From a virus, in the IMG/VR virus record IMGVR_UViG_3300031963_011573, positions 42,061 through 106,060 of that record: a DNA stretch of 64,000 nucleotides. One strand, 5' to 3'. How positions within the stretch are numbered: position 1 is the stretch's first letter; each line of letters starts with the position of its first letter. Below the pieces are notes generated by a model. It was not told the origin of the DNA, made no database searches, and saw only the letters and a program-made list of their open reading frames with translations. The position numbers and the translations under genes were made by a program. Shown here in pieces: positions 1 to 10,576 of the stretch.

Positions 1-1
1 A

Positions 2-3000
2 GGTTTTAAAGCATCTAGTTCTATAACATATGCTTCTAGTGCTTGGACTAATACTTCTACAAGTTATTTCCCTGTTAGTTTCTCTATTTCAGGTACCATA
101 GGATATGATATATCAGCATATGATGTTGGAGTATATGATGAGGTAGGAAATTTAGCAGGATCATTTATACCATTTGTTGGAGCTTACCAAGAAATTAGAT
201 ATTATACAGTCCCAATAAGTGAAAGTGTATTCATAGACTATACAATGAACCCACATTCAGTTGAGGGAAATTCATTAAATAGCTCTCCAGATGAATTAGC
301 TTTTAGAGCCTCAATTGGAGGAGAACAATACACAGCTTCAATTTCTATACATCCTAAAGTAACTGGATCTTGGCAAACAACTCATTCATTTGCCTCTGAT
401 AGTAATTTTTACTATGATACTTCACCTAATTTTATACCAAATGTTGAATATACTTTTGCTGATCAACCTATAGCAGGTATTAAAAATATTGTAAATGATA
501 AAATTAGAGTAGAAAATAATGTATTACCTGAGGGAGATACTTTATCTCAATATAGATCACTTTCTCAACAAGCTAATATATCCCAAAGTTATACCCCAAG
601 TATTAACTATTTAGAGGTAGCATTTTCACCACAAAATGAAATTAATGAAGATATAGTTGATCAACTTGGATATTTTAACATAGGAGAATTTATTGGAGAC
701 CCTAGATTAAGATCATCATCAGCTGAGTCATACCCTGCGTTAGATCAATTAAGGAATGAGTATTTCACCAAATACGTCAAAAATTATAACTTAAAAGATT
801 TTATACGTTTAATTAAGTTTTTTGACAACTCATTATTTAAAATGATTAGAGATTTTGTACCCGCACGTACAAGTCTTGCCTCTGGTATTGTTATCAAACA
901 ACATTTACTTGAAAGAAACAAATACCCACAACCTCAAATGTCTTGGGAAAACTTAGATATTTCTGGAACTTTAAAACCAACATGGAATGGGTATGAACCT
1001 GGAACAGTAGAAAATTTTGAAGGTGGAACAGGAGGTTCTTTTGAACCATTTAATCTAGCAACTAATGTATCTCAAAGTTGGTATGAAACTATTCAAACCC
1101 TTTCAGGCTCAGTAAATATATTACACAATTCACAAGATGAGTTTTATAATGGAGAATTTAGTGGCTCAACTATTTTAATTTCTGATGGGATTGTAAATGA
1201 AGCTTATCCTATAGAAAATAAAGCATTTGATTACAAACAAATATACTATTATGGGACTTCATCTAAAGAAAGTTCTGTATTTGAAGATAATTTTTTAAAC
1301 CCTAATACCTCCCCAGAGGATGGAGAAATATTGTTTTTTAGTCAAGTTAAAAGAGTAAAAGTTTCTTTAATTTTCATTAATGTTTATACTTTTAAATATT
1401 TAAAAATTGCTAAAACTGATTGTAATGGAAATAATAATGATGTTCCGTTAAGTCAAACAAAGAAAATTTTAGTTAATACTCCACTTTCAACAGGAACTTT
1501 TGTTATAGAATATGATGTTACACTTATAGGTGAAAGTGGTAATTATTACTTATATGAAATAAGTTCTGCTAAAAAACAAGGAATCTTTACACCTTATAGT
1601 CCTTTTGGTTTCCCAAACCAAGTATTAGATTATTACGTATCTGCTTCAAAAACCACCACAGACCCATTTTCCTCACAACCCATTAGAGTAACTAGTTGGC
1701 AATCTGAATCAGGAGATGTTCTTGGATATTTCAACCCAATTTCAGGAATATATAATTTACAAAATACCCCCAACACACCTCTTATAATTTCAGCATCATT
1801 TAATGTATCCCAATCAGGTGCAGGAAGTGCTGGTACATGTTCTATTTCATTTTTTGATAGTATTGCTAATAAAGTATCAACCAATTTAGCTTCAGTAACT
1901 TTCCCATCAACTTTTACTGGAACAAAAACAGTATCAACTACCTACTATGGAGTAGAAGGAGAAAATATTTGTCTTTCAATTAAAGGAGGAACCAATGTTA
2001 AATTAACTGGTTCAAATTTACTTATCACCCAAAGTAGAGCAGTAAGTTCCTCAAATTGTGAAAGTTTAATTCTTGAACCTTACATTTCTCTTCCGAATTT
2101 TTATAATAGCGATGAAAATGCTTTAATTAATAGTGTTGATGGATTAAGAGATAGCTCTTATTATATGGATGTTGATTACACATCAGGTATAACAACCCCA
2201 GTTAATTTTAATCAATTAATAGATGGAAGTGCTACTAGAGCAAAAGTACAAGATTCGAATTATACAACTAAACGCCATATCCTTCCTAGATATGAAGGTT
2301 CAAGATCAACTTCCCAATTTTTAAACAAATGGTCCTTTAATGATGTTGGTACTTTTGGTAAATTACCAACAATTGAAAATGTAAGTTCATTTGTTGCTTA
2401 TGCTCCTAGTATTGGAGGATGGCCTCCTGAACGTATGAATGCATCTGCTATATTTATAAAATATTTAATTGACCAAAACGGAGATGTTTTAATCCCCAAT
2501 ACATCTGAAAATTCACTATCAATTACTCAACAAAATTTTAGATCAGGAGATAAAGTAAGAATCACAGTTCCATCTCAAGGAAGTGGAGAAGTATCTAATT
2601 TAAGAACAATAATTAGAGGGGGTACTCGTATTGAACCTATTTTATATACTCAATTTGGAAGTACTCCAAATGCACAATGGAATACAACAATAAATTTTGA
2701 AGATATTATTCCTTCTGATGCTGGAGTTGTAGGAAACTACACAGCCTTATTTAAAAAAACCAATATCCAATTCCCCATCCCTCAGAATGGTACAACTTTA
2801 ATTATTTTTCAACAATCAATTTATGGAAATTCCTATTATAATACTAATGGGTATCAAATACCTTCTTCAGCTATTATTGATGGAGTTAATTTAATATTTG
2901 AAGCCCAAGTTAAAATAGATGGTGATTTTATTGGTTTTGGTACTTACGTTGTTCAAATATTTAATTCTACTACAGGAAAGGTATTAGGTGAAGTTTCCAA

Positions 3001-3709
3001 TAAAAATAATCCTGCTTATTCATCTCCAAATTTTAACGGAATTTTTTATGTATCTGCAACTTTAAATAACTCCCAACTTCAAACTAATGATATTATAAAA
3101 GTTCAACTTAAAACTAGTACTGTTAATCCTTTAACTTTAATCCAAAGTAATTCCACCTCCTTTAAAATCACTCAATACCCAGCCTATACAACCCCAATAA
3201 CATCTTCAGGGGTTAATTCAATTTGGGGATATGCAGATACAACAAATTATCCATATGTTATAACATCTTCTAATTCAACTTTAGTTGAGTTATATGACTC
3301 AAATGTTAAACAATCCAATATATCAGGATCAGGATTTAATCCTATATCTTTACCTTGGTCTATAAAATATGGGGATGAATTTAGATTTGAGGGAAGAGAA
3401 GACTTTACATTTATTGTAGGACAAGTATTCAACCCTGCTGAAAGTGGCTCAGGACGTTTATTTGAAACAGGATCTATTGAAGTCCATTTTAGTACTAATC
3501 TCCCAGTAAGTGCTAGTTCCTCGATATTTAATTTAGACCATTTTTTAATTAGAAGATATGTTGATGATGCTTCACAAATTTTAATTGAAGGATTCAAACC
3601 AGTAAACACAAATGGACCATACATTATAACCCCAGAATATGTAACTGATTCATTAAACAAAAACGCTGATACATTTATTACGGATCTTACCGAAAGAGGT
3701 TTGCTCTAG
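2..3709 (+). CDS. Large virion structural protein (baseplate wedge/tail-associated), 5'-truncated by the window edge
   Basis: Frame 2 is open from base 2 through the listed ATG at 245 to TAG at 3709. Ser/Thr/Asn-rich; contains a FVPARTSLASGIVIKQHLLERNK segment; upstream of other baseplate-like genes. Confidence 0.65.
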   Translation, partial: GFKASSSITYASSAWTNTSTSYFPVSFSISGTIGYDISAYDVGVYDEVGNLAGSFIPFVGAYQEIRYYTVPISESVFIDYTMNPHSVEGNSLNSSPDELAFRASIGGEQYTASISIHPKVTGSWQTTHSFASDSNFYYDTSPNFIPNVEYTFADQPIAGIKNIVNDKIRVENNVLPEGDTLSQYRSLSQQANISQSYTPSINYLEVAFSPQNEINEDIVDQLGYFNIGEFIGDPRLRSSSAESYPALDQLRNEYFTKYVKNYNLKDFIRLIKFFDNSLFKMIRDFVPARTSLASGIVIKQHLLERNKYPQPQMSWENLDISGTLKPTWNGYEPGTVENFEGGTGGSFEPFNLATNVSQSWYETIQTLSGSVNILHNSQDEFYNGEFSGSTILISDGIVNEAYPIENKAFDYKQIYYYGTSSKESSVFEDNFLNPNTSPEDGEILFFSQVKRVKVSLIFINVYTFKYLKIAKTDCNGNNNDVPLSQTKKILVNTPLSTGTFVIEYDVTLIGESGNYYLYEISSAKKQGIFTPYSPFGFPNQVLDYYVSASKTTTDPFSSQPIRVTSWQSESGDVLGYFNPISGIYNLQNTPNTPLIISASFNVSQSGAGSAGTCSISFFDSIANKVSTNLASVTFPSTFTGTKTVSTTYYGVEGENICLSIKGGTNVKLTGSNLLITQSRAVSSSNCESLILEPYISLPNFYNSDENALINSVDGLRDSSYYMDVDYTSGITTPVNFNQLIDGSATRAKVQDSNYTTKRHILPRYEGSRSTSQFLNKWSFNDVGTFGKLPTIENVSSFVAYAPSIGGWPPERMNASAIFIKYLIDQNGDVLIPNTSENSLSITQQNFRSGDKVRITVPSQGSGEVSNLRTIIRGGTRIEPILYTQFGSTPNAQWNTTINFEDIIPSDAGVVGNYTALFKKTNIQFPIPQNGTTLIIFQQSIYGNSYYNTNGYQIPSSAIIDGVNLIFEAQVKIDGDFIGFGTYVVQIFNSTTGKVLGEVSNKNNPAYSSPNFNGIFYVSATLNNSQLQTNDIIKVQLKTSTVNPLTLIQSNSTSFKITQYPAYTTPITSSGVNSIWGYADTTNYPYVITSSNSTLVELYDSNVKQSNISGSGFNPISLPWSIKYGDEFRFEGREDFTFIVGQVFNPAESGSGRLFETGSIEVHFSTNLPVSASSSIFNLDHFLIRRYVDDASQILIEGFKPVNTNGPYIITPEYVTDSLNKNADTFITDLTERGLL

Positions 3710-3711
3710 CA

Positions 3712-3719
3712 ATATTTAT
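3712..3719 (+). promoter_or_regulatory. Putative late promoter ATATTTAT
   Basis: Recurrent motif directly after a stop codon and before the next start. Confidence 0.55.
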
Positions 3720-3749
3720 TAGTATAATACATTTATATAATATAAAACA

Positions 3750-4409
3750 ATGGGATATTTAAACAATACAGTCGTTACAATTGACGCTATACTAACAACA
3801 AAAGGTAGAGAACTTTTAGCTAAAAATGATGGTTCTTTTAGAATTACACAATTTTCATTAGCAGATGACGAGATAGATTATACCTTATATAATCCAAACC
3901 ACCCATCAGGTTCTTCATTTTATGGAGAAGCAATTGAGAACATGCCTTTACTTGAGGCATTTCCTCTTGAAACTCAAATCATGAAATACAAGTTAGCTAC
4001 TTTACCTCGTGGAACCGCTAAACTACCTGTACTTGATTTAGGTTATTCTGCTATTACTTTAGTTCAAGGAGCTTCACTTGCAATTACTCCACAAACATTG
4101 AATTATTTAGGAAATAACCAAACATATGAAACAAGTGGATATTCAGCTACAATTTCAGATGTTAGATTAATGAGCACATTTACTGGAATAGGAATCAACA
4201 CACCATCAGCTCAATCAGCTAATACTCAAACAACTACATTAGGTACTAATGTTTCTACAACAGTAATAGGTTCTCAAATCAACTTAAGAGCAACCACAGT
4301 AAATACATTATTTGGAACAAACACTCAACTTTCAGCTACATTAACTGTTGTAGGTTTAGACAGTGGAGCTAGATTAACTATTCCTATTACAATCAACAAA
4401 ACCCAATAA
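3750..4409 (+). CDS. Virion structural protein (baseplate-associated)
   Basis: DAILTTKGRELLA...ITQFSLADDEIDY N-terminus resembles baseplate/tail-collar-type proteins; structural context. Confidence 0.55.
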   Translation: MGYLNNTVVTIDAILTTKGRELLAKNDGSFRITQFSLADDEIDYTLYNPNHPSGSSFYGEAIENMPLLEAFPLETQIMKYKLATLPRGTAKLPVLDLGYSAITLVQGASLAITPQTLNYLGNNQTYETSGYSATISDVRLMSTFTGIGINTPSAQSANTQTTTLGTNVSTTVIGSQINLRATTVNTLFGTNTQLSATLTVVGLDSGARLTIPITINKTQ

Positions 4410-4420
4410 AATAATAAACA

Positions 4421-5431
4421 ATGTCATTTAAAAGATTTGATCCCGAAGACTTTTTAGTAAGCAGTGATTCAATTACCTCTACATTATGGTCAAACGGAGT
4501 CCCAACATTATCAACATTTTTTACTAGTTCCCTTCAACAAGCTAGTTCTGCTGGAAATTATTATGCAAGTGTTTATAATACTTCCTCAAACGAACAAGAA
4601 ATTCAATTTGATATAGTATATTGTGATTCTCAAGGGAGTGGTAGTACATGGTTTAATCAAATTGTAGATTTTGCTTCCCCAACAAAAACAATGTATGGTC
4701 AATATCGTGCATTGATTTTAGAAGATGAGAATGCAAATTTCATATTTGGGAAAGGAAATAACGTTATAACAGGCTCGTATTTTTGGGTATTATCTATAGA
4801 ACGTGCACGATATAAACAATCATTGTTTCCTGGGTCTTTAAATTTAACTCTTTTGGGCCCAAACAGTGAGATCATTAATTTAACAGATGACTCCCAAGAC
4901 AACCCAGTAAATACATTTATTGGATCCTCTCGTGTTTACCAATTAATTTCAGGATCAAATGGAACAGCAGGATCTTTACTAAACAGTGGATATGTACCCG
5001 GATCAGGATCATATGGTTTAGTATTCCCTGATTTAGGAACTATTATATTAAACCCATTTGCATTATCTCAATCACTTGAACTTTTTCCAAGCCGCTCAAA
5101 CAATTCAGATGGAGGAAATAATGGAAGATTATTTACAGCTATTAGTGGAGGAGCTTCATTTGCTTTAAACTCAGAAGAAACAATCACCTCAGATTATGTA
5201 TTTGTTAGAGCAAGAAACAGTGAATTTAACTACTCAGAAAATCCTTCATTTATTTCTGGTTCTACTGGTGAGGTAATTTACGATAATTTTATAAATGCCC
5301 CTCAAACATACATCACAACTGTGGGAATGTATAATGATTCAAATGAACTCTTAGCAGTAGCTAAATTATCTAGACCATTATTGAAAGATTTTACAAAAGA
5401 AGCATTGATTAGAGTAAAACTTGATTTTTAA
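4421..5431 (+). CDS. Baseplate/tail-collar-like structural protein
   Basis: C-terminal YITTVGMYNDSNELLAVAKLSRP motif, paralogous to the next gene. Confidence 0.55.
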   Translation: MSFKRFDPEDFLVSSDSITSTLWSNGVPTLSTFFTSSLQQASSAGNYYASVYNTSSNEQEIQFDIVYCDSQGSGSTWFNQIVDFASPTKTMYGQYRALILEDENANFIFGKGNNVITGSYFWVLSIERARYKQSLFPGSLNLTLLGPNSEIINLTDDSQDNPVNTFIGSSRVYQLISGSNGTAGSLLNSGYVPGSGSYGLVFPDLGTIILNPFALSQSLELFPSRSNNSDGGNNGRLFTAISGGASFALNSEETITSDYVFVRARNSEFNYSENPSFISGSTGEVIYDNFINAPQTYITTVGMYNDSNELLAVAKLSRPLLKDFTKEALIRVKLDF

Positions 5432-5437
5432 GAATGA

Positions 5438-6475
5438 ATGAGCGTCTACAAACCATTCATAACTTCTGACGTTATTGTCTCACCTTTTAAGGTAAATAAA
5501 TCATTTACTTTTAAGGGAAATGAACTTACTGGCTCAAACGTAGAAATTGATAGATATATTGGAAGAAATATTACCTCATCTTTATGGGTTTCTGGTTCAT
5601 ACCCTACAGGACATATTACTACTCAAGATGAAATTCTAGTATACCGTTCCATAAAAGAACTATACTATTCCAACTACTTAACAAACCCATCAGGTTCCCC
5701 AGCAGGCACTGCCTCATTTAATACAGATGGAACAATTACAGGACCAGCTTATACTACAAATTACTACAATTATCTTTCAACTACATTACCAACTTATAGA
5801 TATATTCCTACAGAATCAAACGCTGCTATAGGTGTAATATCTATCCCCTCAAATTTATTTGGAGAATACCTTAACCCAGGTACAGTTAGTATTTCAAACG
5901 GAAATATCACCATTACAGATGATGGTTTAGGAAATATGATTTCCGGTTCCTTAAAATTTGGAGATGTAATTTATGAGCATGGGATTATTACTATAACTAG
6001 CACTGGAGTTACTGGTGTTGATGATGGGTATGGTTATATAACTTATGGTTCGGGTTTATATGGTGGTGCTACTTTTAATTTTATAAACGGTTTTATAAAT
6101 GGGAATAACGTAACATGTTCTTTCCAAAGCACAACCACAATATATGAAACCCAATACAAATGCACTATCAGACAAAATGAATTTAATTTTTCACAAAACC
6201 CAACAATTTTAGGTTTACTTGATCAAGGATACGACATAGATTACTATAATGAAGTATTAACCTATGAAGATGATGCTATATATGATGGGTATGATTCACC
6301 AACATCAACAACCGATATTTATCCTTGGGCAACAGGTTCATATTTTACACCTTATATCACAACAGTAGGATTGTACAATAACAACAAAGAACTTTTAGCA
6401 GTAGCTAAACTTGCTCAACCTTTACCAATCTCATCAGTTACCGATACTAACATAATAATCAATTTAGATTTATAA
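5438..6475 (+). CDS. Baseplate/tail-collar-like structural protein (paralog of 4421..5431)
   Basis: Shares EFNFSQNP and YITTVGLYNNNKELLAVAKLAQP with the upstream gene. Confidence 0.55.
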   Translation: MSVYKPFITSDVIVSPFKVNKSFTFKGNELTGSNVEIDRYIGRNITSSLWVSGSYPTGHITTQDEILVYRSIKELYYSNYLTNPSGSPAGTASFNTDGTITGPAYTTNYYNYLSTTLPTYRYIPTESNAAIGVISIPSNLFGEYLNPGTVSISNGNITITDDGLGNMISGSLKFGDVIYEHGIITITSTGVTGVDDGYGYITYGSGLYGGATFNFINGFINGNNVTCSFQSTTTIYETQYKCTIRQNEFNFSQNPTILGLLDQGYDIDYYNEVLTYEDDAIYDGYDSPTSTTDIYPWATGSYFTPYITTVGLYNNNKELLAVAKLAQPLPISSVTDTNIIINLDL

Positions 6476-6483
6476 TATTTATA
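6475..6483 (+). promoter_or_regulatory. Putative late promoter ATATTTATA
   Basis: Motif ends 4 nt before ATG 6488. Confidence 0.55.
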
Positions 6484-6487
6484 ACAT

Positions 6488-7963
6488 ATGGCAAATACAC
6501 TTACTCAAGTAGGAATTGAAACAGGAAATGCAGTTGAGGCATATCATGTTACTCAATCAATTGATGCTTTTACTGGAGCAATAGCATATGATATTACTCT
6601 TTCAGGCTCATTTAATATGACGGGCCCCATTAATGGACAATCAGGATTAATTAACCCATTAACCGCCTCTTATGCCATATCATCATCGCGTGCTATATCG
6701 GCTTCATTTGTAACCAGTGCTTCATATGCTTTAAGTTCTTCACGTGCTATATCGGCTTCATTTGTAACTAGTGCTTCATATGCTTTAAGTTCATCTTACG
6801 CGGTAACAGCTTCTCATGTACCGAACACATTTGTACAGAATGGAAATAGTTTTGGTACAACCGCAACACTTGGAACCAATGATACTCAACCTTTAATATT
6901 TGAAACAAATAATACTCAAAGAATTTACATATCTAGCTCAGGTAACATTGGAATCAACACTATTTTACCTACAGCTCGTCTCTTTATTTCAGAATCTACT
7001 AGCCAAATTGCATTGAGAATTTCCCAAGCAGGTACAGGTAATGCATTGCAAATAGAAGACGCTGCATCAGATACTTCTCCATTTATAGTAGACCAAAATG
7101 GTAATGCTGCTATAGGAAAAACTTCAGTTGATTCTTATGGTACAAATCCTTACAAACTACAAGTTAGTGGAAGTACAAATCTTTCCTCACCCCAATCTTT
7201 TACAACTAGTCAACCTCCAGTATTATCTATTACTAATCTTTTTGATGGTTTTAATAGAATGATTGAATATGCTACTAGAATCTCTGGTTCTGCAACATAT
7301 GTTAAAAGAATAATATCTAATGGTGGGTATCATGCAAATAATCCTGTATTTCATAACTATGCTTGTGATATAATTGGTGAATCTAATAATCCTACTAGCG
7401 GATTAAACAATAATATAGATTATACTCTAGGTTGGAGATGGGGAACATTCAACTCGAGTAATTATCAGATATACATGCAGCTAAATTCTAGTGGATCTAA
7501 AGCTGGAAATTTAGGTTTAGGCTTAGGATCTTTTGGTGATCCTAATTATTTAATTCATTTAGGAGCAGATTCTGCAGGTAAACCAGGTGGAGGAAGCTGG
7601 ACAGATAGTTCAGATGAACGACTTAAAGAAAACATTGAATTAGCAGATTTAGATATATGCTATAATGTTGTTAAAAATTTACCACTTAAAAGATATCGTT
7701 GGAAAAATAATTCATACACAGATGAACAGATAGTAGATAGAAATGTTGTTGGGTGGATAGCACAAGATGTTGCAGATGTCTTTCCAAAAGCTGTTAATTT
7801 AAAACCATTTACTCAAGTAGATGGAACAGTTTTAGAGGATTGTCTATCTCTTAACGAAACAATGATCAACAGAACGTTATATGGTGCTGTACAAAAACTT
7901 ATACAAGAAAATGAAACGTTAAAATCTGAAATAGAGGCAATTAAAACACACTTAGGTTTATAA
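6488..7963 (+). CDS. Tail fibre/spike with C-terminal intramolecular chaperone (peptidase S74-type)
   Basis: SDERLKENI...GWIAQDV...AVQKL plus terminal coiled coil; GNIGINT repeat; N-terminal SIDAFTG anchor shared with 55815 and 59068. Confidence 0.8.
   Translation: MANTLTQVGIETGNAVEAYHVTQSIDAFTGAIAYDITLSGSFNMTGPINGQSGLINPLTASYAISSSRAISASFVTSASYALSSSRAISASFVTSASYALSSSYAVTASHVPNTFVQNGNSFGTTATLGTNDTQPLIFETNNTQRIYISSSGNIGINTILPTARLFISESTSQIALRISQAGTGNALQIEDAASDTSPFIVDQNGNAAIGKTSVDSYGTNPYKLQVSGSTNLSSPQSFTTSQPPVLSITNLFDGFNRMIEYATRISGSATYVKRIISNGGYHANNPVFHNYACDIIGESNNPTSGLNNNIDYTLGWRWGTFNSSNYQIYMQLNSSGSKAGNLGLGLGSFGDPNYLIHLGADSAGKPGGGSWTDSSDERLKENIELADLDICYNVVKNLPLKRYRWKNNSYTDEQIVDRNVVGWIAQDVADVFPKAVNLKPFTQVDGTVLEDCLSLNETMINRTLYGAVQKLIQENETLKSEIEAIKTHLGL
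6689..6792 (+). repeat. 54-nt tandem duplication in the fibre gene (RAISASFVTSASYALSSS x2)
   Basis: cgtgctatatcggcttcatttgtaac.agtgcttcatatgctttaagttc occurs at 6689 and 6743. Confidence 0.9.
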
Positions 7964-7973
7964 TTTACATTTT

Positions 7974-8423
7974 ATGTCAAATTGGTTATACAAAAATAAA
8001 GAGATATCCTCAATAGAGGATATACCTCAAAACACATTCGGTTTCATATATATTACAACTCATACTCCAACCGGTAAAAAATACTTAGGTAAAAAATCTA
8101 TTTACCATAACGTAAAGAAAAAACTTACCAAAAAGGAACTTGCCGAACAACCTGTAACTAGAGGTAGAAAATCTACTACCACTACAATCCAAAAAGAATC
8201 AGATTGGAAAACATATTATGGTTCAGAGGAATTTATCAAACAAAAAATAAAAGATAAAAAACAAGAAGAATTCACTCGAGAAATACTGTTTTTTGTTCCA
8301 AATAAAAAACTTTTAACCTACTACGAGTGTAAATACCAATTTGTTTATGGTGTATTAGAGTCTGATGAATGGCTTAATACTAATATCTTAGGTAAATTCT
8401 ATTCAAAAGACTTTGTTGCTTAA
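7974..8423 (+). CDS. GIY-YIG-like nuclease-fold protein
   Basis: GFIYITT...KKYLGKK...YYGS...E...N pattern; no NUMOD tail. Confidence 0.65.
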   Translation: MSNWLYKNKEISSIEDIPQNTFGFIYITTHTPTGKKYLGKKSIYHNVKKKLTKKELAEQPVTRGRKSTTTTIQKESDWKTYYGSEEFIKQKIKDKKQEEFTREILFFVPNKKLLTYYECKYQFVYGVLESDEWLNTNILGKFYSKDFVA

Positions 8424-8442
8424 GGTTTTTTTCTTATATTAC
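8412..8442 (+). promoter_or_regulatory. Host-type (Bacteroidota -33/-7-like) promoter candidate
   Basis: TTTG at 8412, 19-nt spacer, TATATTAC at 8435; upstream of primase. Confidence 0.45.
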
Positions 8443-8447
8443 CATAT

Positions 8448-9377
8448 ATGGTAAACGAACTGCTAGTTAATTTAGTAAATTCTGTTTTAGGGGTAGGAAA
8501 ACGAACAGCAAGAGGAAATCAAGCATATACATGTCCTTTTTGCCATCATCATAAGCCAAAACTTGAAGTTAATTTTACTGAAAACAAAGAAGGAAATAAT
8601 CCTTGGGCGTGTTGGACTTGTGGTAAAAAAGGCAAAACAGTTAAAAGTTTATTTAAACAAATTCAAGTTGATGCAAGTTATTTTCAAGAATTGAGTAAAC
8701 TTGTAAAAAATGTTTCTATAGAAGACATAGGAGAAATAAAACAATCTTTACTTGAATTACCAAAAGAATTCAAAACCTTTATCAACAACAAAGATATTAT
8801 AGCAAAACATGCTTTAGCATACCTTAAAAAACGAAACCTTACCAAACAAGATATTTTAAAATATAACATTGGTTATTGTGATTCAGGTCAATATAATAAT
8901 ATGGTAGTTATACCTTCATATGATAACAACGGTAAATTAAATTATTTTACCGCGAGATCATTTGAGAAAGATCCTTATGTCAAATACCGCAACCCCGAAA
9001 CGTCTCGCGATATAATACCGTTTGAATTGTTTGTTAATTGGGATTTACCTATTATATTATGTGAGGGCCCATTTGATGCAATAGCAATTAAACGTAATGT
9101 TATACCGTTATTTGGTAAAAATATACAACCAACTTTAATGAAAAAGTTAGTAGAATCAAAAGTTCAAAAAATATACATTGCATTAGATACTGATGCTTTA
9201 AAACAAGCCCTTGGTTTTTGTGAACAGCTTTTAGACATTGGAAAAGAAGTTTATCTTGTAGAAATGCAAGGAAAAGATCCAAGTGAAATGGGTTTTGAAA
9301 ACTTTACTAAACTTATACAAACAGTTTCTCCTTTAACACAATATAATTTAATGGAGAAAAAATTATATACCATATGA
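8448..9377 (+). CDS. DNA primase (Zn finger + Toprim)
   Basis: CPFCHHH...CWTC zinc finger; CEGPFD and ALDTD Toprim motifs; KDP. Confidence 0.9.
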   Translation: MVNELLVNLVNSVLGVGKRTARGNQAYTCPFCHHHKPKLEVNFTENKEGNNPWACWTCGKKGKTVKSLFKQIQVDASYFQELSKLVKNVSIEDIGEIKQSLLELPKEFKTFINNKDIIAKHALAYLKKRNLTKQDILKYNIGYCDSGQYNNMVVIPSYDNNGKLNYFTARSFEKDPYVKYRNPETSRDIIPFELFVNWDLPIILCEGPFDAIAIKRNVIPLFGKNIQPTLMKKLVESKVQKIYIALDTDALKQALGFCEQLLDIGKEVYLVEMQGKDPSEMGFENFTKLIQTVSPLTQYNLMEKKLYTI

Positions 9378-10138
9378 TCATTAAAAAACAATACCAACGT
9401 ATACTCCAAATTTCTGAAGATTCTAAACAAATCACACTCCCTGATTCACGTTATTATTTACGAAATGGAGAATATTACCCCTCAATTACTTATATTTTAC
9501 AGTACTACCCTAAAGGGAAACATTTTGAAGATTGGTTAAAACAAGTAGGTAATAATGCTGATTATATTGTTAGAAAAGCAGCTGATGAAGGAACCCAAGT
9601 ACATAATTTATGTGAATTATACTTAAAAAATGAAGAATTAAACTTCCTCTCCCCGTCAGGTGACCCTAAATATGATGTTAATATTTGGCAAATGTTTTTA
9701 CGTTTTGTTGAATTTTGGGAGACTTTTAATCCTATACTTATAGAAACAGAAGTACTTTTATTTTCTGATGAATGGAAAGTAGCAGGTACTTGTGATTTAG
9801 TAGTTGAAATTGGAGGGAAGATATGGGTATTAGATATTAAAACATCTAATCATTTACATACTATATATGATTTTCAAACAGCAGTATATGGAAAATGTTA
9901 TGAAGAATGTTTTAATAAAAAAATAGATCACCGTGGTATTTTATGGCTTAAATCAGCTAAAAGAGGAGCTAAAAAAGATAAAATGCAAGGAAAAGGATGG
10001 GAAATAGTTGAATCTGCTCGTACATACGAGGAAGATTTAAATTTATTTAAAACAGTAAAAACTATATTTGATTTAGAAAATCCTAACCATTCCCCGTCAT
10101 TTACTGAATTTAGAACCACGGTTAAAAAAGAATCATAA
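9374..10138 (+). CDS. PD-(D/E)xK exonuclease
   Basis: YPSITYIL, GTQVH, AGTCD...LDIKTS, Q..VY motifs. Confidence 0.85.
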   Translation: MIIKKQYQRILQISEDSKQITLPDSRYYLRNGEYYPSITYILQYYPKGKHFEDWLKQVGNNADYIVRKAADEGTQVHNLCELYLKNEELNFLSPSGDPKYDVNIWQMFLRFVEFWETFNPILIETEVLLFSDEWKVAGTCDLVVEIGGKIWVLDIKTSNHLHTIYDFQTAVYGKCYEECFNKKIDHRGILWLKSAKRGAKKDKMQGKGWEIVESARTYEEDLNLFKTVKTIFDLENPNHSPSFTEFRTTVKKES

Positions 10139-10149
10139 TATGTATAATC

Positions 10150-10575
10150 ATGGTAAAATTATCTCAACTACTAAAAGAAATATATGCTGAACCTAATAAA
10201 TTTAATTATCCCCCATTAATTAAATCTCTTACAGAATATATGTTGGGAAAAGGAATGAATATTCGTCCTTTACCTAAAGTAAAATTTGTTGATGATGATA
10301 TTGAAAATTCCCAAAATTTCTTTGGAAAAACAGCATATTATAACCCGAATGAAAAATCAATAGTTTTATACACTTATGGGCGTCACCCAAAAGATATAAT
10401 GCGTTCGTTTGCTCATGAAATGATTCACCATGAACAAAATTGTGAAGGGCGTTTAGGTAATACTCCTACTACTAATATCAATGAAGATGATTATCTATAT
10501 GAATTAGAAAAAGAAGCTAATACATTAGGAACCATGATATTTAGAGAATGGACAGACAAAATAACAAATAATTAA
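10150..10575 (+). CDS. HExxH zinc-metalloprotease-like protein with LxxLLKE leader
   Basis: AHEMIHHEQ and downstream EKEA; N-terminus MVKLSQLLKE; promoter variant ATATGTATA at 10138. Confidence 0.65.
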   Translation: MVKLSQLLKEIYAEPNKFNYPPLIKSLTEYMLGKGMNIRPLPKVKFVDDDIENSQNFFGKTAYYNPNEKSIVLYTYGRHPKDIMRSFAHEMIHHEQNCEGRLGNTPTTNINEDDYLYELEKEANTLGTMIFREWTDKITNN

Positions 10576-10576
10576 T

